64,000 nucleotides of DNA, from assembly GCF_006345805.1 (NCBI RefSeq), contig NC_043014.1, forward strand, positions 40,424,001 to 40,488,000, written 5' to 3'. Under the pieces are notes generated by a model that had not been told where the DNA came from, did no database searches, and worked only from the letters and a program-made list of their open reading frames with translations. A program made the translations under genes and the position numbers. Shown here in pieces: positions 48,863 through 62,004 of this stretch. Origin of the DNA: Octopus sinensis (taxonomy: Eukaryota). Within the stretch, counting starts at the first letter, position 1; each line of letters opens with the position of its first letter.

Positions 48863-49070
48863 CTTTTCAAGCCTAGCGCTGAAGAAAGAGTGAGAGAAAG
48901 TTGGGGTGAAAGAATACAACAGGGGTCGCCCCCCCCCATCCTTGCCAGAACCTCGTGGAGCTTTAGGTGTTTTCGCTCAACAAAGACACACAACACCTGG
49001 TCTAGGAATCAAAACTGCGATCCTCCGACTGTGAGTCTGCTGCCCTAACCACTGGGCCATTGCGCCACCA
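48863..49070 (-). mobile_element. SINE family F, partial
   Basis: Reverse complement of the family F head. Confidence 0.7.
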
Positions 49071-49080
49071 CACACACACA

Positions 49081-49116
<36 letters not shown>

Positions 49117-49566
49117 AATATATATGCATACACATATACAGATTCAGTCAATTCAAATAAATGAATAACAAGATGAAAGCAAGAAATGAACGTGAGGATG
49201 TGCACAATAAATGTATTAGCTTCTCGCTTGGTGAAAAGAGAGAGTTTGACATTTTGAGCATAGCTCTTCATTGGAAAGGAGAAAGGGAAAAGTCCAAAGA
49301 AGGAAAAGAAATCACCAACACATGTAGTTACATCCTCTATATATATTATACACATAGATACACACACACACACATATGTATACATGTATGCTCATACATA
49401 TGTGTATGTATGTCCATGTCTGTGAGTGTGTGTTTGTAAATATAATAGTGCTAATAAAATCTGCATTTTTTTTTCCTTTCACCTTTTCAGTTTTAAAAAA
49501 TGTATTAATTTGGATTTTTCTGTATGAGAATTATTGTAATTAAGTTTTCAAAATGATTTGTTATAG

Positions 49567-50018
49567 GTTTGGAGAAGTTAATAGAAGCCTCTCTCACAGT
49601 TGTTGACCTCAAGAAACAGCTGGTGGTGAAAGAGAAGGAGCTTACTGTGGCTACCGAGAAAGCTGAAATGGTGTTAAAAGAAGTTACTGAGAAAGCAAAA
49701 GCCACCGAACAAAGTAAAAACAAGGTGCAGAAAGTTAAAGACATTGCTCAACAAATAGTAGATAGCATTGCTACTGATAAAAACATAGCCATGGAAAAAC
49801 TAGAAGCTGCTCGTCCAGCCCTGGAAGAGGCAGAGGCAGCTTTAAATACGATACATCCAGCTGATATTGCTACTGTCAGAAAACTTGGCCGCCCACCACA
49901 TCTGATTATGCGGATTATGGATTGTGTGCTGATACTCTTCCGCAAGAAACTAGACCTGGTTGTGACTGATTCAGAAAAACCAGGGTTCTTGAAACCGTCA
50001 TGGGGAGAAACATTAAAA
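49567..50018 (+). CDS. DNAH5: Dynein heavy chain exon, stalk CC1 and start of microtubule-binding domain
   Basis: LEKLIEAS...[13 protein letters not shown]...[17 protein letters not shown]...PSWGETLK; 452 nt, phase 1-0. Confidence 0.96.
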
Positions 50019-50181
50019 GTACTGTTATTTTCATTTTGCTTTCATATATTTTGCTAAATCTTTTTGCTTTCATGAAAATATACTTTTTTATTGATTTATT
50101 TTTTTTACAGCATAGTTGTACTGTTGCCCTGTAAATGGTTGTAAACCCCTATTTGTAATGTGCTGTTGATCATTTGTTTAA

Positions 50182-50401
50182 CCCTTTTGTTACTAACCCG
50201 GCTGAAATCGGCTCTGGCTCTGAGTACAAATGTTTTGTTTACATAAGTTTTGAATTAAAATCTTCCACCAAACCTTAGTCACAATTTATGTTCCTTACAC
50301 TAATTGAATGATAACCAAGTTATTTTACTAAATTCTTTGTTATATTTAAAGTAATTGAAAGAAACAGAGAGCATCTCAAAATAAATACAGTAACAAAAAG
50401 G
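50182..50401 (+). mobile_element. piggyBac-like MITE with TTAA flanks
   Basis: Same family as 42174-42394. Confidence 0.85.
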
Positions 50402-50775
50402 TTAATGCTTTATTAATTCTTTTTACTAGTGAGTTCAAATTCCACTGAGGTCGACTTTGCCTTTCATCCTTTTGGGGTCGATAAATTAAGTATCAGTTAC
50501 ACACTGGGGTCAATGTAATCGACTTAATACCTTTGTCTGTCCTTGATTGTCCCCTCTATGTTTAGCCCCTTGCGGTCAATAAAGAAATAAGTATTGTCAC
50601 TGCAGCAGGCAAAATGTTTAGCAGTATTTGGTTCTGAGTTAAAATTCCACTGAGGTTGACTTTACCTTTCATCCTTTCAAGGTCGATAAATTAAGTACCA
50701 GTTACACACTGAGGTCGATGTGATTAACTTACTCTCTCCCTACAAATTTCAAGCTTTGTGCTTATATTAGAAAGG

Positions 50776-50846
<71 letters not shown>

Positions 50847-51069
50847 CATTATTATTATTAAGGTGGCAAGCTGGCAGAATTGTTAGCATGCCATGCAAAA
50901 TGCTTAGCAGCATTTCATTCATCTATACATTCCAAGTTCAAATTCTGCCAAGGTTGACTTTGCCTTCCATCCTTTCAAGGTCAATAAAATAAGTACCGGT
51001 TAAGTACTGAGGTCAATGTAATCAACTACTCCCTCCCCAATTTCAGGCCTTGTGCCTATAGAAGAAAGG

Positions 51070-51108
<39 letters not shown>

Positions 51109-51628
51109 TCTAATGTTCAGTCTGAACTTGCAAATCATCAGTGTCATTAAACTCTGAGCATTTCTGTCTCAAGTTGAAGGACTTGTGGGGACGGTTACCC
51201 TGTTTCCATGTCCCATAAATGTTTGAGATCACAACATTCCCCTGGATAGGACACTAGTCCATCGCAGGCTTACTCATTTACAGCTGAGTGGACTGGAGTA
51301 ACATTGACCGAAGTATTTTGCTTTGCTCAAGAACACTATGCCCCATCCAGTTCTGGGAATTGACACCATGATGATGTGACTGCAAGTGCATCACCCTAGC
51401 CATTTGGCATTTGTAAAGGTAAAAGTTTAATAATCACAGATGATTATCTAAATGACTTGTAGGAAGATAATATTTTGTTATGCAATCATAGTATACTATA
51501 AAACACTTAAAACATTTTTTATAAGCCAATACTGTGTTTTCCTGTGTTAGCAGTGTGCAAGATTATCTATTTGTTGTTTAAATGTTTCTGATAATTTCTT
51601 CAATTTTTACTCTTTCTTTTGTGTTAAG

Positions 51629-51844
51629 ATGATGAGCGGTGCTGGTATGCTGCAAAGTCTAATGTCTTTTCCCAAAGATTCCATAAATGACGAAATGGTT
51701 GAACTATTACAACCATATTTAAAAATGGAAGATTATAATTTAGAAGTGGCGAAAAAGGTATGTGGAAATGTTGCTGGATTACTATCTTGGACGAAAGCTA
51801 TGGCTTATTTCTTTGAAATTAACAAGGAAGTCCTACCTCTTAAG
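51629..51844 (+). CDS. DNAH5: Dynein heavy chain exon, microtubule-binding domain and start of CC2
   Basis: [17 protein letters not shown]...[15 protein letters not shown]...EVLPLK; AAG acceptor, GTTAGT donor; 216 nt. Confidence 0.95.
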
Positions 51845-51926
51845 GTTAGTTTTTCTTATCTTCTTCATTTTTCTGTACATATGTATTTTGACACTGATAT
51901 ACAATAAGATATACAATCTTTACTCC

Positions 51927-51976
51927 ATTAGCACTGATGAGTTTTGATTAAGAACTGAAACATGTATGTACGCAAT
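51927..51976 (+). ncRNA. Type I hammerhead-like motif with imperfect stems
   Basis: ATTAGCA-CTGATGA-GTTTT gatta AGAAC-T-GAAAC ATGTAT GTA-CGCAAT. Confidence 0.45.
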
Positions 51977-52055
51977 ATAAATATGTACATACATTTGTAT
52001 GCTTGTGCGCTTGTGTGTACATATAAATATGTATGTGTATATATAAATTATATAT

Positions 52056-52442
52056 ATCTCTCTCTATATAAACGGCAGTTTGTCTGTGTGTGTTTCTGTG
52101 TGTCTGTTTGCTTGTACCCTCACCCTGACCACGGCTTTCAACCGATTCTGATGAAACTTGACACACACATAGCCCAATGTCATAATTCAAAACTAACGCA
52201 GCGAAAATTTTGAAAAGTTCCCCCAGTTCTGAAAAAAATCGATTAAGTCGACATGGGGTCGAGAATCAGAAACACAAACCACAAACTGTCTAGGGGACGC
52301 AACTCCACCTTTTTTAACTCTCAAAAAAAATTTACCATCATTTTTTTCCATTTTTTTGCTATTTTTTGGCTATAACTCTCTAAAAATGCTTTATAGTTAT
52401 TTCCCTTACAAACCTGAGCAACGCCGGGCGATACTGCTAGTA
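52056..52442 (-). mobile_element. Non-autonomous Helitron-like element
   Basis: Reverse complement of 20168-20545. Confidence 0.72.
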
Positions 52443-52778
52443 TAGTAATAAAGGGTATGGAGATTTGTACATCCACAAAATTTATCTTATAGTTATATAC
52501 AGCATATTATAATGACCTACGCATGTTTCCACTGCAGTGAATACTCACTGTTGCAAATGTAACCTTGCAATAATTTTGGTGCAGCTTCATTAGGGTCCAT
52601 TCATTTGATCATGCTTAATGTGTGTATGTGTAAGCATTCTTTGTCACACAGATACAATTCAATGTCAAAGAGTAAGTTCATTTTTATAACTATAACAAGC
52701 TATAACAAGTTATACATAATGTAATGACTAATCAATCTCATTCATCTCTTCTTCTTAATTGTTTGATCTCCATTACAG

Positions 52779-52916
52779 GACAATCTGGCAGTGCAAGAGG
52801 CCAAACTTCAATCGGCCAATGCTGACCTCATGAAAGCAGAAGACCAACTGAGCGTCCAAGTTGCTAAACTTAATGCAGTCAAAATTGACTATGACCGAGC
52901 TATGGTTGAGAAACAA
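52779..52916 (+). CDS. DNAH5: Dynein heavy chain exon, stalk CC2 (DNLAVQEAKL...AMVEKQ)
   Basis: CAG acceptor, GTGAGG donor, 138 nt, phase 0-0; not in the ORF track. Confidence 0.92.
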
Positions 52917-53197
52917 GTGAGGAGTCCTTAATTACATTAATTAATTTTTTTTATTCTTTTCTTTTTCCTTTCTTTATTTTATCTTGAAAGTTACTTGGCA
53001 ACCTCTCTAGTGCTGGTGTTGTGAAAAAATCTTCCAGTGCAGATTGTAAAGGGGTTGGCATTAGTAAGGGCATCCAGCCAGCCATAGTAAACCATGCCAA
53101 AGCTAACATAGGGACTGGATGCAGTTCTGTTGCTCATTGGACCTTGTCAAACCATTCAACCCATGCCAGCATGGAAGTTGGATGTTAAATGATGATT

Positions 53198-53612
53198 ATT
53201 CCTTTATTGCCCACAGGGGGCTAAACATAGGGGGGACAAACAAGGACAGACAAGGGGATTAAGTCGATTATATCGACCCCAGTGATTAACTGGTACTTAT
53301 TTAATCGACCTCGAAAGGATGAAAGGCAAAGTCGACCTCGGCAGAATTTGAACTCAGAACGTAAAGACAGACGAAATATCTATTTCTTTACTACCCACAA
53401 GGGGCTAAACATAGAGGGGACAAACAAGGACAGACAAGGGGATTAAGTCGATTACATCTACCCCAGTGCTTAACTGGTACTTATTTAATCGACCTCGAAA
53501 GGGTGAAAGGCAAAGTCAACCTTGGTGGAATTTGAACTCAGAACGTAACTGCAGACAAAATACCACTAGGTATTTCGCCCGGCGTGCTAATGTTTCTGCT
53601 AGCTCGCCACCT
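53198..53612 (-). mobile_element. SINE family B dimer
   Basis: Head plus two body units, same junction as other multimers. Confidence 0.8.
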
Positions 53613-53706
53613 TGGATGATGATGATGATAGCAATGATACTTACCCAGATGATGAAAGTCTTGGCCTGAATTATCAGATCACTCTTTTCCCTCATAACAA
53701 ACTTAC

Positions 53707-54033
53707 TTGGCTCAGTGGTTAGAGCGTCGAGCTTACGATCGTGAGGTTGTGAGCTCGAATCCCGGACCGGGCTGTGTGTTGTGTTCTCAAGCAAGGCACT
53801 TTATTTCACGTTGCTCCAGTTCACTCAGCTGTAGAAATGAGTTGCGACGTCACAGGTGCCAAGCTGTATCGACCTTTGTCTTTCCCTTGGATAACACTGG
53901 TGGCGTGGAGAGGGGAGGCTGGTATGCATGGGCGACTGCTGGTCTTCCATAAACAACCTTGCCCGGACTTGTGTCTAGGAGGGTAACTTTCTAGGTGCAA
54001 TCCCATGGTCATTCATGACCGAAGGGGATCTTT
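53707..54033 (+). mobile_element. SINE family A
   Basis: Near-identical to 3028-3355. Confidence 0.85.
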
Positions 54034-54100
54034 ATGTCAGTTGCAAAGTGCTGACATTTAGTATTTGTTAACACAAAGGCAGTGAGCTGGTAGCTGTGTG

Positions 54101-54405
54101 GAGGCGCAATGGCCCAGTGGTTAGGGCAGCAGGCTTGCGTACGGAGGATCGCGGTTTCGATTCCCAGACCAGGCATTATGTGTGTTTATTGAGCGAAAAC
54201 ATCTAAAGCTCCCCGAGGTTCTGGCAGTGGGTGGCAGCGACCCCTGTTGTACTCTTTCGCCACAACTTTCTCTCACTCTCTCTTTCTGTTTCTTGAGTAA
54301 CGCTGCAATGGATTGGCGTCCCGTCCAGCTGGAGGGAACACATACGCCACAGAACCTGGGAAACCGGGCCCATGAGCCTGGCTAGGCTTGAAAAGGGCAC
54401 ATAAA
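54101..54405 (+). mobile_element. SINE family F
   Basis: Matches 13804-14105. Confidence 0.8.
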
Positions 54406-54807
54406 TAAATAAAGTGAGCTGGTAGAACCGTTAGCTTGCCAGACAAAATGCTGCTAGCCGAGGTCGACTTCGCCTTTCATCCTTTCGAGGTCGATTTAAA
54501 TAAGTACCAGTTACGCACTGGGGTCAATATAATCGACTTAATCCCCTTGTCCGTCCTTGTTTGTCCCCTCTATGTTTAGCCCCTTGTGGGTAGTAAAGAA
54601 ATAGGTATTTCATCTGTCTTTACGTTCTGAGTTCAAATTCCACATTTTGTCTGTCTTTACATTCTGAACTCAAATTCTGTTGAGGTCATATTTACCTTTC
54701 ATCGTTTTGGGGTCGATAAAATAAGTACAGGTCAAGTCAATGTAATCAGCTTCCCCTCCCTTCAAAATCTACTGTTGCTGTGCCAACACACTTACTTGAT
54801 ACTTTAA

Positions 54808-55027
54808 CCCTTTCATTACCGTATTTATTTTGAGATGCTCCGTATTTCTTTCAATTACTTCGAATATAACAAAGAATTTAGTAAAATAACTTAGTTACCA
54901 TTAAGCTAGTGTTAGGAACATAAATTCTGACTCAGGTTTGGTGGAAGATTTTAATTCAAAACTTATAAAAATAAGACATTTGTACTCAGAGCCAGAGCTG
55001 GTTTCAACCGGGTTGGTAACGAAAGGG
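54808..55027 (-). mobile_element. piggyBac-like MITE with TTAA flanks
   Basis: Reverse orientation of 42174-42394. Confidence 0.85.
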
Positions 55028-56156
55028 TTAAAGGTGGCAAGGTGACAGATGAAATACCACTAAGCATTTTGCCTGGCGTGCTAACGTTTCTGCCAGCTTG
55101 CCGCCTTCACCATTCTGTCATCTAGCTTTCCACCACAATATTAGTATTAGTTATCACCGCACCAAACCTATCACCTACTGTCATCATCAGTGTCACCACC
55201 AGTTTTCAGTGTTGTTCAACACCGGTATCTCTTTGTCGGTCTACATCTCATACTGGTTTCGGTATCTTTAATCTATATTCGCTCTACATGACAATCATCA
55301 TCATCGTCATCGTCTTCGTCTTCATCATCATCATCATCATCATCATTGTTATTATTTCTGGAATGAGATGGTTGGATGCTGATGGTTTGGCATAGCTGGA
55401 CTGGACATTCAGCCTGTTTTGGCAATGGTACTTTATGGCACTTGGGGCAAACACACAAGCACACACACACGAACACACACACACACACACACACACTCTC
55501 TCTCTCTCTTTCTCTCATACATATATACACACACACACATGCCTGTGTGTACACAGAAATATACGCATAAAGGTAATGAGAGAGAGAAGAGAGAGAGAGG
55601 GAGTGAGAGGAGAGAGAAAAAGAAGAGAGAGGGAGAGAGAAGAGAGAGGGAGAGAGAAGAGAGAGAGGGAGGGAAGGAAGAGGAGAGAGAGAAAGAAAGG
55701 AGAGTGAAGAGCAAGAGACACTACAGTTTATTAATCAAACACTGTTGTCATAAACCCTTTCCTGCTCTACACACACATAGAGAAATAGGCTCACTCACAT
55801 CAACACAGAGAAAGATAGAAGGGGAATGAGAGGAAAGGAGAGGAAGGGTGAGAGAAGGAGAGAGAGTGAGAGGTAGATAACAAGAGAAAAACATGAGTGA
55901 AATATTGAAATGTCTGATGTCTCGGAAGCCAGTGTCGAATCAGTGATACCAAAAAAGCAGTGCTGAGGTGCCAAAACATCTCACACCCATCAGTTTACAG
56001 GTACTTTCTATGTTGGTAGATTTGGTTGGGTGGGTTGTAGTAACCTGAGTCAGATCTTATCTGAATTTACTACTCTCTTATATCACTGATCATATCTCAT
56101 TCATGCATTTCATTTTTGGCTCGGTTTCTATTACTGGATCATGTGACTGACAAGGC

Positions 56157-56901
56157 CAGGGCTGGCCAACCTGGGGCCCCGTAGACTTTTATTTTGTGGC
56201 CTGCTTGATACTTTCTTGAAATGGATTTATTTAAAGAAAACATTTAAAAAATTTTATCAAAAATTTGTGATTGTAATGGAAAGTAAAAAAGAAAGATACT
56301 AATAGGCGTAGGAGTGGCTGTGTGGTAAGTAGCTTGCTTACGAACCACATGGTTCCGGGTTCAGTCCCACTGCATGGCACCTTGGGCAAGTGTCTTCTAC
56401 TATAGCCTCAGGCCGACCAAAGCCTTGTGAGTGGATTTGATAGACGGAAACTGAAAGAAGCCCGTTGTATATATGTATATGTATATATATATGTGTGTGT
56501 GTGTGCGTGTGTGTGTGTATGTGTTTGTGTGTCTGTATTTGTTCCCTACAATATCGCTTGACAACCAATGCTGGTGTGTTTACGTCCCTGTAACTTAGCG
56601 GTTTGGCAAAAGAGATTGATAGAATAAGTACTAGGCTTACAAAGAATAAGTCCTGGGGTCGATTTGCTCGACAAAAGGTGGTGCTCCAGCATGGCCGCAG
56701 TCAAATGACTGAAACAAGTAAAAGAGTACTGTTTTTGCAACGATAATATTTCATGATGAATCAATGATCATTCATTCATTATTGTAATAAAAGCATGAGA
56801 AAGCAAAATTCTCATTTCAATTCTGTCAGTATACAAGTGGACCTCAAAAAGCCCTCTGTGATTAAAGTGACCTGCAGTGTAATTTGAGTTGGCCAGGCCT
56901 G
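56157..56901. mobile_element. hAT-like MITE containing a nested SINE C (56305-56728)
   Basis: TIR CAGGGCTGGCCAAC..GTTGGCCAGGCCTG; 8-bp flanks GACAAGGC and GACTAGGT match at 6 of 8. Confidence 0.65.
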
Positions 56902-57743
56902 GACTAGGTTGTCACATGTTGGTACACATCACCGGTCACAATACACTTTGCGTCATTTTAGCCCTTGAATGATGTCATCCCTCTGTCTAGGTAAGCTGGC
57001 CAACATTCCCTCCTGATGGAAAGGGGGCACTAGAGCAGTGTGAAATGCAGTGTTCTGCTTGAGAACACAATGCACTGCCTTGCCTAGGAATCGAACTCAC
57101 CATCTAGTGATCATGAGTGCAAAAGTCCAACCACCAGGCCACGTACGTTCACCTATGACTGGATGTCCTTCCTAATACCAATGACTTTACTGAGTACTGA
57201 GTTTCCTTCTCCCTCCACCCCCACTCATGTACACCAACCCCTGCATCCCCTCCCACTCTCCTCACATACCTACCTGTACATAATATGTCCCTGTTGAATC
57301 TAATCTCCCCCCAATACCCTCCATCCCTCTACACACTCATTACACATTCCTCCCTCCATCTACCACACTCAACTCTCCTTTTGCAATCTTGTGAAACCTC
57401 TCCAATCTCCAGCCATCTTCGCCATCTTCTCTCTCATTATCCCTTTTTCCCCCCTCTCTCCCTTGTTTTTCTCTTCCTTTCTCACTTCTCTCCTACCTCT
57501 ATCTCCTAGTATGTAATCTTTAGGAGGTAGTGCTGCCATGTGATTTATTGGTGATCAGATGGCTGGCTAGTTTTCTGCAGTTAGTTTTGCAGACTACCGG
57601 AACCTTGATACCTTCCCATCCCTCAAACTATTGGCATTGTTTCTCCATAGAAAGCATCATAGTCCTAGCATTCGTTATTGCGATAAGAGGGCTTCAAAGA
57701 AACATCTGCCAGTTTTTATTGTGGTATGCATGCAGAGATAAAG

Positions 57744-58380
57744 GGCGGCGAGCTGGCAGAACCGTTAGCACGCCGGGCGAAATGCGTAGCCGTATTTCGT
57801 CTGCCGTTAAGTTCTGAGTTCAAATTCCACTGAAGTCAACTTTGCCTTTCATCCTTTCGGGGTCGATAAATTAAGTACCAGTTATGCACTGGGGTCAATG
57901 TAATCGACTTAATCCGTTTGTCTGTCCTTGTTTGTCCTCTCTGTGTTTAGCCCCATGTGGGTAGTAAAGAAATAGGTATGCGTGCAGAGATAAATGTCAG
58001 AGATAAATAGGTATTTCGTCTGCTGCTACGTTCTGGGTTCAAATTCCACCCAAGGTCGACTTTGCCTTTCATCCTTTTGGGGTCGATAAATTAAGTACCA
58101 GTTATGCACTGGGTCGATGTAATCGACTTAATCCGTTTGTCTGTCCTTGTTTGTCCTCTCTGTGTTTAGCCCCATGTGGGTAGTAAAGAAATAGGTATTT
58201 CGTCTGCCGTTAAGTTCTGAGTTCGAATTCTGCTGAGGTCGACTTTGCCTTTCATACTTTCGGGGTCGATAAATTAAATATCAGTTACGCACTGGGATCG
58301 ATATAATCGACTTAATCCGTTTGTCTGTCCTTGTTTGTCCTCTCTGTGTTTAGCCCCTTGTGGGTAGTAAAGAAATAGGT
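57744..58380 (+). mobile_element. SINE family B array (head plus three body units of about 184 bp)
   Basis: GGTATTT unit starts at about 57790, 58010 and 58194. Confidence 0.85.
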
Positions 58381-58769
58381 ATGCGTGCAGAGATAAATGT
58401 CACCATTGCAATAAAATAATTAAACTTAATTAAGTTTAATCACCCCTCATGCACTCCGACTACTTTGATTGTCTATCTACCCATTTCTCTACCAAAAAAT
58501 ATGCCTTCTACATCGACCCCGTTAATGCTGCCTACCCAAAAGAATTTACACCTGTGTTCCTTGCTTATGATTAGTCTGGTAGAGATCCTCTCTATTTACT
58601 CCTGTACACAGCGCACGTTTACCCCTCACTGCTAAGTCATTTCTACATCCTTTCATTGTGCCAATATTGATGATAGTAGCTTAAAGTTTTGAGCCTGACA
58701 GGAAGAGAGGTGGGCTTCCTAATGGTGAGTAGATAACTTGGTGTACAACAGATGAGCTAACTCTAAGAT

Positions 58770-59210
58770 TATGGGATCTTTTCGGTTTGAATGGCAGTTT
58801 TTTTCTAGTGGTGTCATATGAAATTGTCACCCATAATTATGACCCTAGTATTGATCTATTGCATTTCAATCTGTTTTAGAGTTAGGGTTGGTTAGGGTTA
58901 GGGGTGGGAGGAAGGGTATCTTTTTTTCTTCAGAAATGTAAATAAACCCAATCTGTTTCTTAAATGAGGGACATATTCAGACAGCACAGAGTGTTTTTTT
59001 TTTTACCTCAATGGACATCAGTGATTGGTTGAAATTGCAGAAATTGAAGAAAAAAAACAACAAATATCTTACAAACTATAGAATTTTCTCAATAAAGCCA
59101 AGAGGAAAAGATGTTTTATAAACACATTCTACCAGTATACGAAGTTTAAAATTTTTTAGTTACCTAGAAATTATGTTAAAAACTGCCGATCAAACCGAAA
59201 AGATCCCATA
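58770..59210. mobile_element. TA-flanked MITE (Tc1/mariner-type target) with internal TTAGGG-like repeats
   Basis: TA-TGGGATCTTTTCGGTTTGA..TCAAACCGAAAAGATCCCA-TA. Confidence 0.8.
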
Positions 59211-59303
59211 TTATGTTGTCTTTCATAACGAAGCTGCAGTTTATCTATGTTAAAGTCTTTACTGCTTTTCTCTAAAATGTTCAACATTTTAATTTTTCTG
59301 CAG

Positions 59304-59431
59304 ACTTTAGTTGATGACTACGACTCTTGTAAGTCTAAAATGACAGCTGCTTCCGAGTTGATTTCTGGTCTAGCCGGAGAAAAAGAACGATGGACAGAGC
59401 AGAGTAAAGAATTCAATGAACAAATTGGAAG
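59304..59431 (+). CDS. DNAH5: Dynein heavy chain exon, end of stalk (TLVDD...[19 protein letters not shown])
   Basis: CAG acceptor, GTTTGA donor, 128 nt, phase 0-2. Confidence 0.94.
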
Positions 59432-59883
59432 GTTTGAAATATTTATTAATAATAGCATTAATTTTCATACTCTCTCTCTCTCTCTCTTTGTCTTTCTTTA
59501 TCACACAAAAACACACATGTACTTTCATTGATATTTAATTATATTTTCTGTCATCCAACTATGCATATATTGAGAGCCAGCAATTGGAAATTATCTGGGG
59601 CCATCAAGGCTATCCACTAAGATCTGGGTTTTCATAAAATAAGCACCAAACCCTTTCAAACAAATATATCAACCCCTTATGACTGTTGGCTTATTTCCCT
59701 GTAAGAAACTACTATTTTAAAATAAGATTATTTATTGCACAAAAAGAAGTCGTTGGCAAACAATCATTTCTTAGATTTCAAGTCTAATTAAAATTTTTTT
59801 TTTCTCTTTCTAACTCAAATAGGCCTCTGTGAATAAGGCTTGAATGTTAGTAATCAGGGCAGTTGATCTAATGATAATGTTAC

Positions 59884-60436
59884 ATGTGTGCACACCCACA
59901 CACACATACACGTGCACACACACACATACATGTGCACACACACACATACACGTGCACACACACACATACACGTGCACACACACACATACACGTGCACACA
60001 CACACATACACGTGCACACACACACATACACGTGCACACACACACATACACGTGCACACACACACACATACACGTGCACACACACACACACCTGTGCACA
60101 TGTGCATACACACTCACACACACATGCCTGTGCATGCATGCATATACACCCACACACATGCATACACACACACACATACACACTCACACACACACACACC
60201 TGAGCATGCATCTGTGCATACACGCACACCTGTGCACATGTGCATACACACTCACACACACACATGCCTGTGCATGTGTGCATACACACCCACCCACACA
60301 CACGCACATACACACACACACCTGAGCATGTGTGCATACACACTCTCTCACACACATACACATACCTGTGCACATGTGCATACACACTCACACACACACA
60401 CACCTGTGCATGCATGCATACACACCCACCCACACT

Positions 60437-60468
<32 letters not shown>

Positions 60469-60480
60469 TGTACACACACA
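59884..60480. repeat. CA-derived minisatellite (20-bp unit CACACATACACGTGCACACA) decaying into higher-order units
   Basis: Exact 20-bp period over 59941-60060. Confidence 0.92.
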
Positions 60481-61161
60481 GAGAACACCAAGTATTTACA
60501 AGCTAACAGTCATATAGATTAGCAAAGTGTTCACCTTCACAATCACTATCATATCATCTCTCACTAAAATAAATATATACATTGTAATACACACAAACTC
60601 ATACACAATTGTATTCCCAAAACTCCATACATATTCACACAAGCTTATGAGACAATGAAAGAGTTGTTATATGATTGATTGATCAGCCAAATTACCTGTA
60701 TTTGCATGCTGGAAAAACCTATGATTAAAGGTATGCCAAACCTCCAGAAAGATCTGGTCTGCTTTTAATCATAAACCAGCTTGAGCAGGGCTGACCTAAA
60801 TGAATCATACACCAGAAATTATAACTGTTGTGACAACTTTAGATAGGTCCAACCACAACAAAGACCCTTAGATTGAGGTTTTAGATTGAGGGCAGACAAC
60901 AGATTTAACCATTACAGGGATATTAATACCATCAGCCCAAAACTAAGGAATTATTTCTTTAGATCCCCACCCAAATTTCAACAAAGATGGGATGAAATAC
61001 CAAATGATGTCCAGGGATTTTGTAAAAAACTGTGAATAACAGAATTGTTTGATAAAGAAATTAATGATAGTAAAAGCAGCTACAGTCTGGCAAAGGTTAG
61101 AAACCAAACAATGAACAAATTTTGAGATTTTTGTAACGCTTTCTAATGATTGTTTTTATTT

Positions 61162-61463
61162 ATTTATTTATGCACCCTTTTCAAGCCTAGCCAGGCTCAT
61201 GGGCCCGGTTTTCCCAGTTTCTATGGCGTATGTGTTCCCCGCTGCTGGACGGGATGCCAGTCCACTGCAGCGTTTCTCAAGAAACAGGAAGAGAAATTTG
61301 GGCGAAAGAGTACAACAGGGGTCGATACAACCCCCACTGGAGCCTCGTGGAGTTTTAGGTGTTTTCACTCAATAAACACACACAACGCCCAGTCTGGGAA
61401 TCGAAACCGCGATCCTCCGACCGTGAGTCTGCTGCCCTAACCACTGGGCCATTGCGCCTCCGC
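61162..61463 (-). mobile_element. SINE family F
   Basis: Reverse complement of 54101-54405. Confidence 0.8.
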
Positions 61464-61865
61464 ATGCATAAATATACATAGACATTTATGGTCACAGATG
61501 CTCTATGTATAGTAACACATACACACATATATACAAGCATGCATAAATACACACACACACATCTAATGAACAGTGATGGTAGTGGGGAAGGGGAACAGAC
61601 GCTTGCCCACAATATATGTTTATACACATACAGTTGTACTCACACATATATACAAACACACACTCCCACATATACATGCAGAAATTTACAGACACACACA
61701 CACAAACACATACTCTCACGCACACTAACACATACTCACACTGAAACATGCACACACACACATACAAAAGCAGACGCACCAACATAAGTTGTCATCTTAT
61801 ATTACAGAGGAAACAGTCATTGAAACAAGCCAAAAGTGTTTTTTTTTAAAATTAATACACAAATA

Positions 61866-61907
<42 letters not shown>

Positions 61908-61961
61908 TATATATATATATATATACATGCATATACATAGATATATATACACTATATATAT

Positions 61962-62004
<43 letters not shown>

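Larger units (their letters stand above)
3474..59431 (+). other. DNAH5: Axonemal dynein heavy chain gene, DNAH5/DNAH8-like, internal portion (16 exons seen; gene extends beyond the window on both sides)
   Basis: The exons below join in frame at GT-AG sites, and the translation follows the DNAH5/8 motor domain in order from AAA2 to the stalk. The family match is from recalled sequence, not a database search. Confidence 0.93.

Noticed and set aside
53707-53775. tRNA-like sequences at the heads of families A, B, C and F
   Set aside because: They have A and B boxes but no proper acceptor stem, and each continues into a SINE body, so they are not called as tRNA genes.
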